From positions 416,001-480,000 of the forward strand of contig CBDAOB010000003.1 of the NCBI GenBank assembly GCA_965197905.1: a stretch of DNA of 64,000 bases, written 5' to 3'. Both the position numbers and the translations under genes were made by a program. The notes under the pieces were generated by a model that worked only from the letters and a program-made list of their open reading frames with translations, did no database searches and was not told the origin of the DNA. Of this stretch, positions 1 to 12,876 are shown in pieces. Numbering within the stretch: position 1 is the stretch's first letter; each line of letters begins with the position of its first letter. Origin of the DNA: Candidatus Latescibacterota bacterium (GTDB lineage Bacteria; Latescibacterota; UBA2968; UBA8231).

Positions 1-4063
<4,063 letters not shown>

Positions 4064-4175
4064 AATCGACTCCATTCGGCTTTCAGCCGATCTTCTGCCG
4101 AAAAATCGAAAACCGCGGCATCGGAAAGGGTACCCAGCTAACGTAATTATTGCCATAATCCTTACCTGCTAGCCA

Positions 4176-4401
4176 TCACGGTCCCGTTGAAAGATCAGCT
4201 TGCGCACGCGATGAACTCTGGAGCCGGTTGGTGCCGCATCCGATGACCTGCCTAGCCAGGTCGTGTAGATCGTCGAAGAAGGTATAGCACAGTGGCACCA
4301 CCAACAGGGCCGATCCAACCGATCACGAGCAAGGCGACGAGAATCATCACCGCAATAACCGGCCGGTCGACGGATAACCGAGGCAGCAGGTATTTCTGCA
4401 A
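4176..4401 (-). pseudogene. Collapsed AcrB/RND efflux permease remnant (first TM joined to last TM)
   Basis: LPRLSVDRPVIAVMILVALLVIGWI (typical RND N-terminus) abuts, out of frame at ~4310, ALLVVPLCYTFFDDL (typical RND C-terminus). Confidence 0.65.
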
Positions 4402-4423
4402 ATCAAACGTCGATGGTACTACG

Positions 4424-4600
4424 CTACCTCAGCACTGCATCCTTGCGTTTTTGTTTCCTGACATATGGCGTTTCGATGCTATGCCGACGGCAGATGCGCC
4501 CGAAACTGCGAAGATCGATTCCGAGAGCAGCCGCCGCTTCCTTGTTGGAGGCATACAGTCGTGCCACACGGCGAACCGATTCTAAGGGTGTCTTGACCAT
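4424..4600 (-). CDS. Small basic HTH-like protein (58 aa)
   Basis: ATG at 4600 preceded by CAGGAG; SNKEAAAALGIDLRSFGRICRRHSI resembles a Fis-type HTH. Confidence 0.7.
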   Translation of the reverse strand: MVKTPLESVRRVARLYASNKEAAAALGIDLRSFGRICRRHSIETPYVRKQKRKDAVLR

Positions 4601-4801
4601 GGCTATCTCCTGTCGAATAGTCTGTTCTCTTTGCAAGGGGCATGCCGGACGTGGAGAAACTGAACGCAGACATGGGTGTTCGCCTACGAAGTTTCTCGCT
4701 AATTGACGCTACGAGAAGGACCTGTCTAACATCGCGTGAAACCAAAGCGGAGATCTACTGAAAAATTAGGACGGATAGAAGAGCGACGACTGTACCGCGG
4801 A

Positions 4802-4848
4802 TGGAACAATCGTTACAGATCTGGTACAGGATGTTAGATATTTGGTAC
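4802..4848. promoter_or_regulatory. Three ~21-bp spaced direct repeats TGG(A/T)AC...GTTA upstream of the small HTH gene
   Basis: TGGAAC 4802, TGGTAC 4822, TGGTAC 4843; GTTA at 4812 and 4833. Confidence 0.4.
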
Positions 4849-4913
4849 GGTCATAAAGCCAGACTGATGTACTTCAGGATGCAATGCCAAGCGATACCCG
4901 ACTGCACTCCACC

Positions 4914-5981
4914 TCACTCTGAAGGTAGCCAACGATCCACATCCGCAACGGCAACTTCCTTTGTCTCACCCTCCAACCGTACCCGAGCGCCCACTTCATC
5001 GAGCTTGTAGATGGCCTGTTGCCAGAAACTGTCTGCGGTTCCCTCCTCGACTGCGTCGACGATGGCAACCAGAGCGTCCTCCAAGTAGCTTACGCCGTGG
5101 TGCTTGCCATATCGCTCGCGGACCTCGAACAGGCCGCGTAACACGCTGTCTCGATCCAATTGTGGTATACGGATGGGTGCGAAGCAGTCGACCAATCGTG
5201 GGTTCAATCTGCGACAATAGTCCATCTCGACGGTGACTCCGGTGAGCAACTGGAGGGTACCTTCCTCCAGAGCTGGCCGCAAAACTGATCCGTTCAAACT
5301 CTTCTCAAGGTCGACGAGATCTGCGAGACTGTGGAAATACAACAATACGTTGGCGATCGTTTTCGCCTCCTTCGCCATCGCGGTGACTCGCTCCTCCAAT
5401 TGCCCCCGGTATTTTACACCCGATTGGAGGCCGTCTATCGTCAGTAGGCGTCTGCTCGCGAGAGGTTCGGGAGCCGTCCCTGACGCAATATCCACCGCCA
5501 AAGCGTGTACTATGCCGCGTATCTCTGCGCTGTTGTCTCCGACGAGTACAACGCTGTTTCTATGGCGTCGGACCACCACGCAGGCGATTTCATCTATTAT
5601 CCGTTGACGGCCGGGAGCAGGGTCGAGCTCGTCGCGTCGCGCGTCGTCAACGAGGTCCCGCTGGAAGTAGTCGATAAATGGGGTCTCGCTTCTCTGTCCA
5701 GTCTGATCGTGGCGAGTGTCGGCGGGAACCGTTTCGAGAACGGTGTCCGCTCGCCCTTGGTCTTTAGCCGCCGAGGCGATGAGTTCTTGACCGATCTCTT
5801 CGGCTCGGCTGGGTTGCAGCAGACAAGCCCATGCCAGAATCGTCGAGTCGTTCGGGGGGTTGCGCCTGCCGCGCTCGATATCTGATAGGTAAGCTGGTGA
5901 GATGCGCTCATTCGAGATGTGGCTCAAATCGGAGGGGATCACAGGATACGAAACCCGGCACGAGTTCAGCCTCCCATCCAC
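4914..5981 (-). CDS. XRE-type HTH fused to degenerate ClpA/ClpB NBD1 AAA+ domain
   Basis: ISPAYLSDIERGRRNPP (XRE recognition helix); RDLVDDARRDELDP.PGR, RRHRNSVVLVG, SGVKYRGQLEERV, LRPALEEG, ERYGKHHGVSY, A...LDEVGARVRL match ClpB NBD1; Walker A and B are degenerate; start uncertain. Confidence 0.75.
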   Translation of the reverse strand: MDGRLNSCRVSYPVIPSDLSHISNERISPAYLSDIERGRRNPPNDSTILAWACLLQPSRAEEIGQELIASAAKDQGRADTVLETVPADTRHDQTGQRSETPFIDYFQRDLVDDARRDELDPAPGRQRIIDEIACVVVRRHRNSVVLVGDNSAEIRGIVHALAVDIASGTAPEPLASRRLLTIDGLQSGVKYRGQLEERVTAMAKEAKTIANVLLYFHSLADLVDLEKSLNGSVLRPALEEGTLQLLTGVTVEMDYCRRLNPRLVDCFAPIRIPQLDRDSVLRGLFEVRERYGKHHGVSYLEDALVAIVDAVEEGTADSFWQQAIYKLDEVGARVRLEGETKEVAVADVDRWLPSE

Positions 5982-6001
5982 TTACTTAACTAGTTGTTTA
6001 A
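5982..6001. promoter_or_regulatory. Palindromic operator-like site TTA-N3-AACTAGTT-N3-TAA in AT-rich promoter region
   Basis: TTACTTAACTAGTTGTTTAA lies just upstream of the GGGAGG RBS of the XRE-AAA gene; minus-strand TATAAT nearby (~6016-6021). Confidence 0.4.
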
Positions 6002-6136
6002 TCAATCTTTATAACATTATATCGGATCTAAATGTGGGGAAGCGTATCCGCTAAGGCATTGGCGATGTCACACCGAGCAGAGCCATGCACCAACGCCGGA
6101 ATGGGCTCTCCCCCCCCCGCCGAGACGGCGATGATC

Positions 6137-6874
6137 TCACGCCTTCCCGCCCGTCAGAATCGACACCACCTGCGGGACAGCCTCCGCCACACTTTCATCG
6201 AATTCATCGCCTTCCACGGGTGCAGCGTACGCCCGCAGTTCGATACTCCTGTAGCCTGCAACGCCGTCAAAGGTGCTCGACCAGGCGCCGGCTCCGGCGG
6301 TCCTGACTCTGGACTCCAGCTCCTTTCGAGGATATTCCCATCGCAGCTCCCTGCCACCGTAGCGGACCGTGTCTCCCTCCTTCACCCCGCTCATCCGCAT
6401 CCTGCGGTGTACCCCGAAGTGGATCAGCCTTCGATGCACGCCGTCGGTCTGTTGACCGGAGTCCTCCCATCCTTCTACCAGATAGCTCCCCGTCAAATGC
6501 GACAGCCTGAACCCATCACCATCGCGTTCGATCATCGGAACCCTTCCAGCGGCCGTGATATAGGCGGTCGGGATGCCTCTCAACTCGAACTCCAGCATAT
6601 CGTGCAAACTGCACGAACTGGCGCCGCATCAGTCCACGACTCCCATCACAAGCCCATCGCACCGCGGAACGATCTCCTCCAGAAGCTTCTTCGAGCAGAC
6701 CCGGTAGGGAGATGACTTCCTCCACGGTCCGACCACATTCGCGTCATACTCTCCTCCGAGCCGTTCCCCTACCGCCTCGAGAACGGCTGCTGAAGTACGC
6801 TTTCCCGGATCCAGAAGTCCGATCCTGGCACTGCTCAAGCGGGTCAATCGGGATGCAGGTTCGATACCTGACAT
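6137..6874 (-). CDS. UGSC-family thioredoxin-like selenoprotein (245 aa, Sec at TGA 6629-6631)
   Basis: ORFs 6629..6874 and 6137..6607 are in the same frame; readthrough gives RIGLLDPGK...CDGLVMGVVD-U-CGASSCSLHDMLEFELRGIPT, aligning with the family pattern DUGSCTSCS.HD...E.RGIPT; AAGGAG RBS; SECIS-like hairpin follows the TGA. Confidence 0.75.
6600..6616 (-). promoter_or_regulatory. Putative bacterial SECIS element
   Basis: Minus strand TCGTGCA-GTT-TGCACGA: perfect 7-bp stem with a G-led loop 19 nt after the UGA. Confidence 0.65.
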
Positions 6875-7118
6875 AGCTCTGCTCCTTTCCTTGGAGTGTT
6901 CCGCGCGTCAGTGACAAATATTGGTGAATGATTCCACGATAGCGAGTCTTGAGACGGGTGCCGTCTATCGTAGTGAATAGTGCGCAGCGACAGTCCGTCC
7001 GGGTCCTCGGCCATACACGACAGCGCCGGAGTGAAACGAAATGGAGCAGACAGCGGCGTTGCAACAGAGCATCGCCGAGATGCACTAATATCAAGTGTGC
7101 TAAAGTATCTAAAGTGAT

Positions 7119-7988
7119 TTATGTCTGGGGACGCCCCGCATGCGCGGATTTGTGCTGGTGGTTCAGTTCCAAAGGCATACCTGCGGTAATATCGTTGCCC
7201 GATCCAGCAGTGACCGGCCAGGCCTGGCCGCCCTCGAATACAAAGTCTTCCCGGCCGCACAGCCACAGGAACAGACGCGCAACGCGGACGGAGTCGTGCC
7301 ATTTCTCGGGCATTTGGTGGCCGGTGCTGAAGTCGATCTTGGCGAAATCGCACTGCGGGTCGACAACCCAGTCGCGCCTGGGCGCGGCCGTGCGCCGGTA
7401 GTTGTATTTGAGCAGGTTGCGGATGCCGCTGGCCGTGGAGGGGGTAGCGCGATGCCAGATCGAGTAGTGGGTGATAAAGATCGAGCCGGCCGGCGCCACC
7501 GTCTGCACGGCCTGGCGAATGCTGCCGTATTGGGTCATGTACCGGCGCTTGACGCGAAGAAGGTGGGAACTGGGCAGGACCTCGGTAGGACCCAGCTCCG
7601 CGGGCGTATCCTGCGGGTAGTAGAAAACCTGTAGGCTGTCGAGCCGCGGCGAGTCGACAGCCCCGCCGTCGCGGTGCCAGCCGCCACTCATGGCGCGCGG
7701 GCACTGGACGCGGTGGTTGCCCATGATCATGGGTACTTTGAAGTCTTTGCCCAGGAGCGAGCGCACCGCCCCCGCTGCCTGCGGGTTCTTAATGACGTGG
7801 TCGACGAACCACTCCTCATCCAGGATTTCGATCGGCACTATCTCGGGATACCTGTCGACGAATTCCGTCGTGCGGCGGTTGACCTCGGCGGGGACCACGG
7901 CCTCGAGCATCATGAAGCCATTCTTGCAGAATTCAATCACTTGCTGGTCGGTCAGCGTCGGTTCACAATCGTATATTTCTCCCAACAT
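7119..7988 (-). CDS. Phytanoyl-CoA dioxygenase (PhyH) family Fe/2OG dioxygenase
   Basis: LTDQQVIEFCKNGF, WHRD, GPTEVLPSSH, AGSIFITHYSIWHR. Confidence 0.85.
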   Translation of the reverse strand: MLGEIYDCEPTLTDQQVIEFCKNGFMMLEAVVPAEVNRRTTEFVDRYPEIVPIEILDEEWFVDHVIKNPQAAGAVRSLLGKDFKVPMIMGNHRVQCPRAMSGGWHRDGGAVDSPRLDSLQVFYYPQDTPAELGPTEVLPSSHLLRVKRRYMTQYGSIRQAVQTVAPAGSIFITHYSIWHRATPSTASGIRNLLKYNYRRTAAPRRDWVVDPQCDFAKIDFSTGHQMPEKWHDSVRVARLFLWLCGREDFVFEGGQAWPVTAGSGNDITAGMPLELNHQHKSAHAGRPQT

Positions 7989-8517
7989 GATCCGTCCTTT
8001 CGTGGATTTATTTTGGTGTTCATTTTCCGCTTCTTTCTAGAGCGGCACCGCATCTGCTTTTTGCGGCCAGGACGGCCGCTTTGTCTTTGTGCCACATGCC
8101 CGTTAACTCTTTGTATCTGAACCTTGTGGGGTTGCTGTACAGACTACTATGTCACCCTGGAATATAGTGTGAACCATTAATTAAATTCCTTTTCGGAGGG
8201 AAGCTGGGGGGTTGGGTTAAAATTCCAACATGGCTTTGACCACCCTCTGGTCGGGGTCTAACCCCAGGTGGGGCAGTCTTCGATTATGGTGTCGGTGGTC
8301 GTTGGGTCAAGTCAGGTGGCGCAATCGCTTCGTTTTCCAATGAGTCGGCCATTGGGTACCTCCGATGTGTGGTTGGGAATACACCAATCTTGCAATTTTC
8401 GTGTCGAGAGACAAGAAAGCGATGGCAGACCCGAAGCAGTGGAAATTCCAGAGTGTAAGCATGTGGTCACGATACGTTCAGGCTGGCGCTGGCACCGCGA
8501 CGGTATTTCGGTCGCTC

Positions 8518-8544
8518 ACACGCGTTCGAATCCCATACGGGCCA
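8518..8544 (+). other. Degenerate tRNA 3'-half remnant (tRNA-Glu-like), possible old att site
   Basis: ACACGCGTTCGAATCCCATACGGGCCA has a T-loop GTTCGAATC and acceptor-like end; no matching 5' half upstream. Confidence 0.35.
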
Positions 8545-8747
8545 ACGTAAAAGGGTATCTGATCAGATTCAGGGTCCCCTTCCCTTCTTTGGAACATTTC
8601 GTCAAATTATCGACTCTTCCCTTTCCAGCTAGCGACACCAGTGGTAAGTACGCCGTCAGAAGCCTCGATTCGGAGATGCTTCAGTCATAATTCAGATGCT
8701 GAGGGTAAAGCGAGCCAAACCCATCCCAATTTGAGCCCAACTCACAT

Positions 8748-9413
8748 ATGAAAATCCAGATTACCGGATTATTGATAGCTATTCCGATTCTTGCTTCGAG
8801 TGCAGGAGCACAGGAAATCACAGGTTCTATTTTCAAGGATGCGTACCACCCCGTGCTGCTACGACATAGTAGACTTCCTGTAGTTCGTCGCATCCAGCAG
8901 AATAGCAGGTTCCTTCATTCCGGATTTTTGCAAACATCAATGCCAGTCATCGCAATGCAACCCCCAAGAATGAATCACGCTTCAGGACCTCGGCTTGTGC
9001 CTTGGATGGGAGGAAGAGATGGCATCACGAAAAACCAAGAGAAAGTCCGTATGGAATCTTGGAATTTAGCTCTGCGCGGCCTGCTTGAGTTATCGAGCTT
9101 AGCCGCGATGGGATATTGGGGATTTGAAAAGGGAGATGGTGCAGGACGTTACGCTCTGATGATCGGCGTGCCCCTGGTATCAGCAGCTGCCTGGGGCATT
9201 TTTGCCGTTGAAGGTGATCCGAGTCGGTCAGGGACCACAGTTGTTCATACGCCTAGCATCCTGCGATTGGCGTTGGAGGTGGGTTTTTTCACGTTTTCGA
9301 CCTGGGCAATTCAAGATGTTGGCGCGAAACCTCTTGCTATAGGTTTTGGAGGTGCCGCTGTTTTTCACTATGCGGTGTCGTACAAACGCGTGCTGTGGCT
9401 TCTGCATCTGTAG
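8748..9413 (+). CDS. YrdB/DUF2568-like membrane protein with N-terminal extension (alternative start 9051)
   Basis: NLALRGLLEL..LAAMGYWG, AAAWGIFA..GDPSRSG, LRLALE. Confidence 0.7.
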   Translation: MKIQITGLLIAIPILASSAGAQEITGSIFKDAYHPVLLRHSRLPVVRRIQQNSRFLHSGFLQTSMPVIAMQPPRMNHASGPRLVPWMGGRDGITKNQEKVRMESWNLALRGLLELSSLAAMGYWGFEKGDGAGRYALMIGVPLVSAAAWGIFAVEGDPSRSGTTVVHTPSILRLALEVGFFTFSTWAIQDVGAKPLAIGFGGAAVFHYAVSYKRVLWLLHL

Positions 9414-9507
9414 AATTTGAACCAATCCATGAGGCACATTTCATATGACCGCGGTCGAGAGTGGTCACCAACGGGAGTGAGATCGGTCTTCAAGATAGGA
9501 GGATTCC

Positions 9508-10180
9508 ATGTTTGTCGGACACTTCGGCGTGGGATTGGGTCTTAAATCGGTGGTTCCAGCCCTTTCGCTAGGCACCCTCTTTCTCGCTGCGCAGTTCATT
9601 GATTTGCTGTGGCCCTCGCTGCTCCTGGTCGGACTGGAGCACGTCGAGATCGCACCCGGCATTACACGCGTTACTCCGCTGGACTTCGTTAATTATCCGA
9701 TCTCCCACAGCCTGCTGGCCGTCCTCGGCTGGGCCGTCCTATTTGCCTTGACATATCTGCTGATACGGAGGCATCGGCTCGGTGCCGTCATCTGCGGGGT
9801 AGCCGTACTGTCACTGGCTGCTCGACCTGGTGACCCATCGTCCTGATCTCCCCCTATATCCCGGCAGCGAGTCCCTGGTTGGTTTTGGCCTGTGGAATTC
9901 ATTGTGGGCAACACTGGTGGTTGAATTGTTGCTCTTCGGAGGCGGCATCTGGCTCTACCTTCGCAGCACCCATGCCCGTGATCGGATTGGGTCCATTGGA
10001 TTGTGGGCGCTGCTCGGATTCCTGCTTCTGGTTTATCTAGGCAACCTCTTTGGACCTCCACCAGAGAACGTCACCGCGCTGGCATGGGTATGCCAAGCCC
10101 AATGGCTGGTAGTCGTATGGGGGTACTGGGTTGACAATCATCGGCACGAGACACTGAGTCAGGAATCACTATCCAGTTGA
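9508..10180 (+). pseudogene. Membrane-bound metal-dependent hydrolase (YdjM-like), frameshifted near 9812
   Basis: MFVGHFG...SHSLL in one frame, then HWLLDLVTHRPDLPL continues in another; GGAGG RBS. Confidence 0.8.
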
Positions 10181-10254
10181 GGAGTGGAGATTGACATCAC
10201 CTCCGCCTGTTGGATGTCCGTTCAACCGCTTCTTCGCAGTAGTAATTATCCCGA

Positions 10255-10320
10255 TCACGCGGCTTTGCGGGCCGGGTAGAGACCGAAGAAAGTCAGGAGG
10301 GCAACAGCACTTATCAGCTG
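10255..10320 (-). pseudogene. C-terminal remnant of a MacB/FtsX-type ABC permease
   Basis: Translates as LISAVALLTFFGLYPARKAA-stop. Confidence 0.45.
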
Positions 10321-10324
10321 TGCC

Positions 10325-10531
10325 ATGCGCGCTGACGGCGGGCCCGTGAAGGTGTTCGCCAACGCCGATCTGTCGCAGCACTGTCCGCTGACGGTGGAGG
10401 TGGAGGTGCTGGATGAGCAGTTTCAGCCGCTGCCGGCGGGGGAGTCGTTCCGCTTGCAGGTTAACTACGGTGGCGGTTTGCGGCCGGAGGATGCGAAGCT
10501 CTACGTGTTGTATGTTGCGGGGGACGGCTAG
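10325..10531 (+). pseudogene. Gene remnant, probable C-terminus of a larger protein
   Basis: Coding-like codon usage; VEVLDEQFQPLP...RLQVNYGG..PEDAKLYVLYV; no plausible N-terminus. Confidence 0.35.
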
Positions 10532-10638
10532 ACTAAGTGCTGGCCTTTACTGATCAGGTTGAGCCAAGAGCAAGCCGCAACCTCGAAGGTTCGATACAAG
10601 GAACCGCTCCAGAATTTACGGCTCGCGACGCCCGATCT

Positions 10639-11661
10639 CTACCCCCCGAGCTCCACCGCCAGCACCCACATCGGAGCCTTACCCACGTCGTAGATCACCC
10701 GGTCTGTCAGCTCTCCGCTGTCTTGATCGATGCCGTAGGCCGACATCTTGCCGCTCACGGCGCCGGCCGCGAAAAAGAACTTTCCCTGCGGGTCCACCTC
10801 GATCCCTCTCACGTGATTTTCGGTGGGCACCCGGCCGATGAGTGACAACTCTCCGGAGTTTTCGTCTATGTTGAAGCAAGCGACGCTGTCGTGGCCTCGA
10901 TTCGGGGCGTAGAGGAACTTGCCGCTCGGATGCACGCGAAGCTGGGAGGTCGAGTTCTCGCTCCTGTCAAAATCGTCAGGCAGGGTCGAGATTGTCTGAA
11001 AGGCGAACACCGTTCCCGATTCGCTGACATTGTAAGCCGAAATGCTGTTGCCCTGTTCATCGGTCGTATACATCACCGCCATTTTCGGATGGAAACGGAT
11101 GTGACGCGGACCCAGTCTTTCTGACGGCACCATTTTTAGTGGCGTATTCGGTGTGATCTCACCCGTGTCCCCGTCGTATTTGTATTGATAGAGTGCATTC
11201 GAATTGATGCAGTTCGGCACGTAGACGAATCTATTCGACGGGTGCACCTCCACCGAGTGCGCCCCCGGTTCCGTTCTCACCGTGCACACGGCGGGCTCCG
11301 CCAGCACACCATCGCCGCCGACACGGTAGCTGCTCGCCCTGGCCCCGCGCTGGCCCGAGGTGAGCACGAACTTGCCGGTTCCATCCACGGTTACGTAAGC
11401 GGAATCCGATTCTTCCTCGATTGTGCCGAGGTGCGCCAGGGTGCCCGTCGCCTGGTCGATGGCCAGTGTGGCTAGTTTGCTGATGGGACGGCGCACGGCG
11501 TACAGGAAGTTCTTGTTCGGAGCTAACGCCAGCGCTGCTGGTCCCCCCTCCAACGGCAGGTCTTCCTGCTTTTCCAGCACGCCGGTTTCGGCGTCCATCT
11601 CAAAGATGCTGATCTTGTCTTCGCCGCTGATGCTAACGTACAGGTAGTAGGCCATCGTCAC
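10639..11661 (-). CDS. pgl: 6-phosphogluconolactonase-like 7-blade lactonase
   Basis: GAHSV..HPSNRFVYVP, GPRHIRFHP, HPSGKFLYAPNRGHDS, PMWV. Confidence 0.85.
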   Translation of the reverse strand: MTMAYYLYVSISGEDKISIFEMDAETGVLEKQEDLPLEGGPAALALAPNKNFLYAVRRPISKLATLAIDQATGTLAHLGTIEEESDSAYVTVDGTGKFVLTSGQRGARASSYRVGGDGVLAEPAVCTVRTEPGAHSVEVHPSNRFVYVPNCINSNALYQYKYDGDTGEITPNTPLKMVPSERLGPRHIRFHPKMAVMYTTDEQGNSISAYNVSESGTVFAFQTISTLPDDFDRSENSTSQLRVHPSGKFLYAPNRGHDSVACFNIDENSGELSLIGRVPTENHVRGIEVDPQGKFFFAAGAVSGKMSAYGIDQDSGELTDRVIYDVGKAPMWVLAVELGG

Positions 11662-11720
11662 CTCTCTCCCGTTGAATTGTCGTCCGGTTGCTGGCAGAAG
11701 CTAGGCAATTCTCTATCCGA

Positions 11721-12548
11721 TCAATATCGCCTTTTCCAGCGCCAGCTGTCGCTGCCCGAGATGAGCGGCTTGATGTCTTCAGGCAAGGTTTCGATGAATT
11801 CAGGGCTGACCTCGTTCCTCGGCCACTCGCGGAGCATCGGTGGTGTATAGCCGGCGATTAGGATTGTACGTTCCGCATCGCTACGGATCGCAGTACTGCT
11901 GTGGAGGAGAGATTCCGTAAAAAGCAAGGTTGACCCGGCCATTGCTTCGACCTGATGAATCAACCTGTCATCCGCAAGCGCAGCATTAATCATCTCTTCA
12001 GCTGACCACGTCAGGCGATGTGAGCCTGGAATCACACACGTTCCACCGTCATCCGGACCGACGTCTGTCAGGTAGGATAACGTCTTGACGAAGATAGCGT
12101 GGAATTTGTTCTGCTCGATGTAGGTTCCCCAGCCGTGCTTGGTTCCTCTATGAAACTTGGTCGGATTATAGCGCCTCTTGTAAAGCTCATGGAGGGCCAG
12201 GACTGGATCCTTTCGGTTAATGATTGCCTCGGTTTCCTCCAGACGAACCTTACCGCCAACGACCTCCTCGACAAGCGGAACGAGCTTCCGGTGAGCGGCG
12301 TATTCCAAAAGTGCCGGGTCGTATTCGACGAGATTGCCCATCTTGGTATAATGATCGCTTCGGCTGGCATAGACTCGTTTGGATTCGAGATCTGGGTCAA
12401 CGCGGATCCGGTGGAGAGCGTCCTTCATCCGACCAACCTCGTCAGACGTCAAGGCGTTCTCTAGCAACACGTAACCGTAAATATCAAAGTGTAGGCGTTG
12501 TGCAGGTGTCAAACGGATGGTTTCGTTGTTATCCATTGATTTAGCCAA
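11721..12548 (-). CDS. PhyH-family Fe/2OG enzyme with HxG iron motif
   Basis: FDIYGYVLLENAL, FHRG, YLTDVGPDDGGTCVIPGSH, AGSTLLFTESLLH. Confidence 0.85.
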   Translation of the reverse strand: MAKSMDNNETIRLTPAQRLHFDIYGYVLLENALTSDEVGRMKDALHRIRVDPDLESKRVYASRSDHYTKMGNLVEYDPALLEYAAHRKLVPLVEEVVGGKVRLEETEAIINRKDPVLALHELYKRRYNPTKFHRGTKHGWGTYIEQNKFHAIFVKTLSYLTDVGPDDGGTCVIPGSHRLTWSAEEMINAALADDRLIHQVEAMAGSTLLFTESLLHSSTAIRSDAERTILIAGYTPPMLREWPRNEVSPEFIETLPEDIKPLISGSDSWRWKRRY

Positions 12549-12606
12549 GCAAAGAGAAATCCAAATTTGAAACGGCTCAGTAGAGGGTATGGATAGTTAA
12601 AATACG

Positions 12607-12876
12607 GTGGCATTAGTTTTTGTGACAATAGCAATTTCCGGTTGCACAGCAGGGAGTGTCGCGCTGAGCGGCAGGGTGGTAAGGGACACAACGGGTATAC
12701 CTCTGACAAATGCTCGAATTGATATATATACCAAACCCAATGAAGTCCTAGGCCCGGTAGCCCAAACCTATACAGACAGCAGCGGAAGATCGAGCTGGGT
12801 GATCCACCTGATCAAGGATCAAGTTTTTTGCTTCATGTTAATCATATTATCCACGAACCCGTATCGGTCCATGTGA
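12607..12876 (+). pseudogene. Lipoprotein with carboxypeptidase-regulatory-like domain, probably disrupted
   Basis: Lipobox-like ISGC; LSGRVVRDTTGIPLTNARI...TDSSG. Confidence 0.4.

Noticed and set aside
4914..5981. Functional clpB/clpC chaperone
   Set aside because: No N-domain, no second AAA domain, Walker motifs degenerate
8480..8550. Intact tRNA gene
   Set aside because: No D-arm, anticodon arm or acceptor pairing can be formed
8700..10200. Integron cassette array
   Set aside because: No attC-like RYYYAAC/GTTRRRY-bounded palindromes or integrase were found
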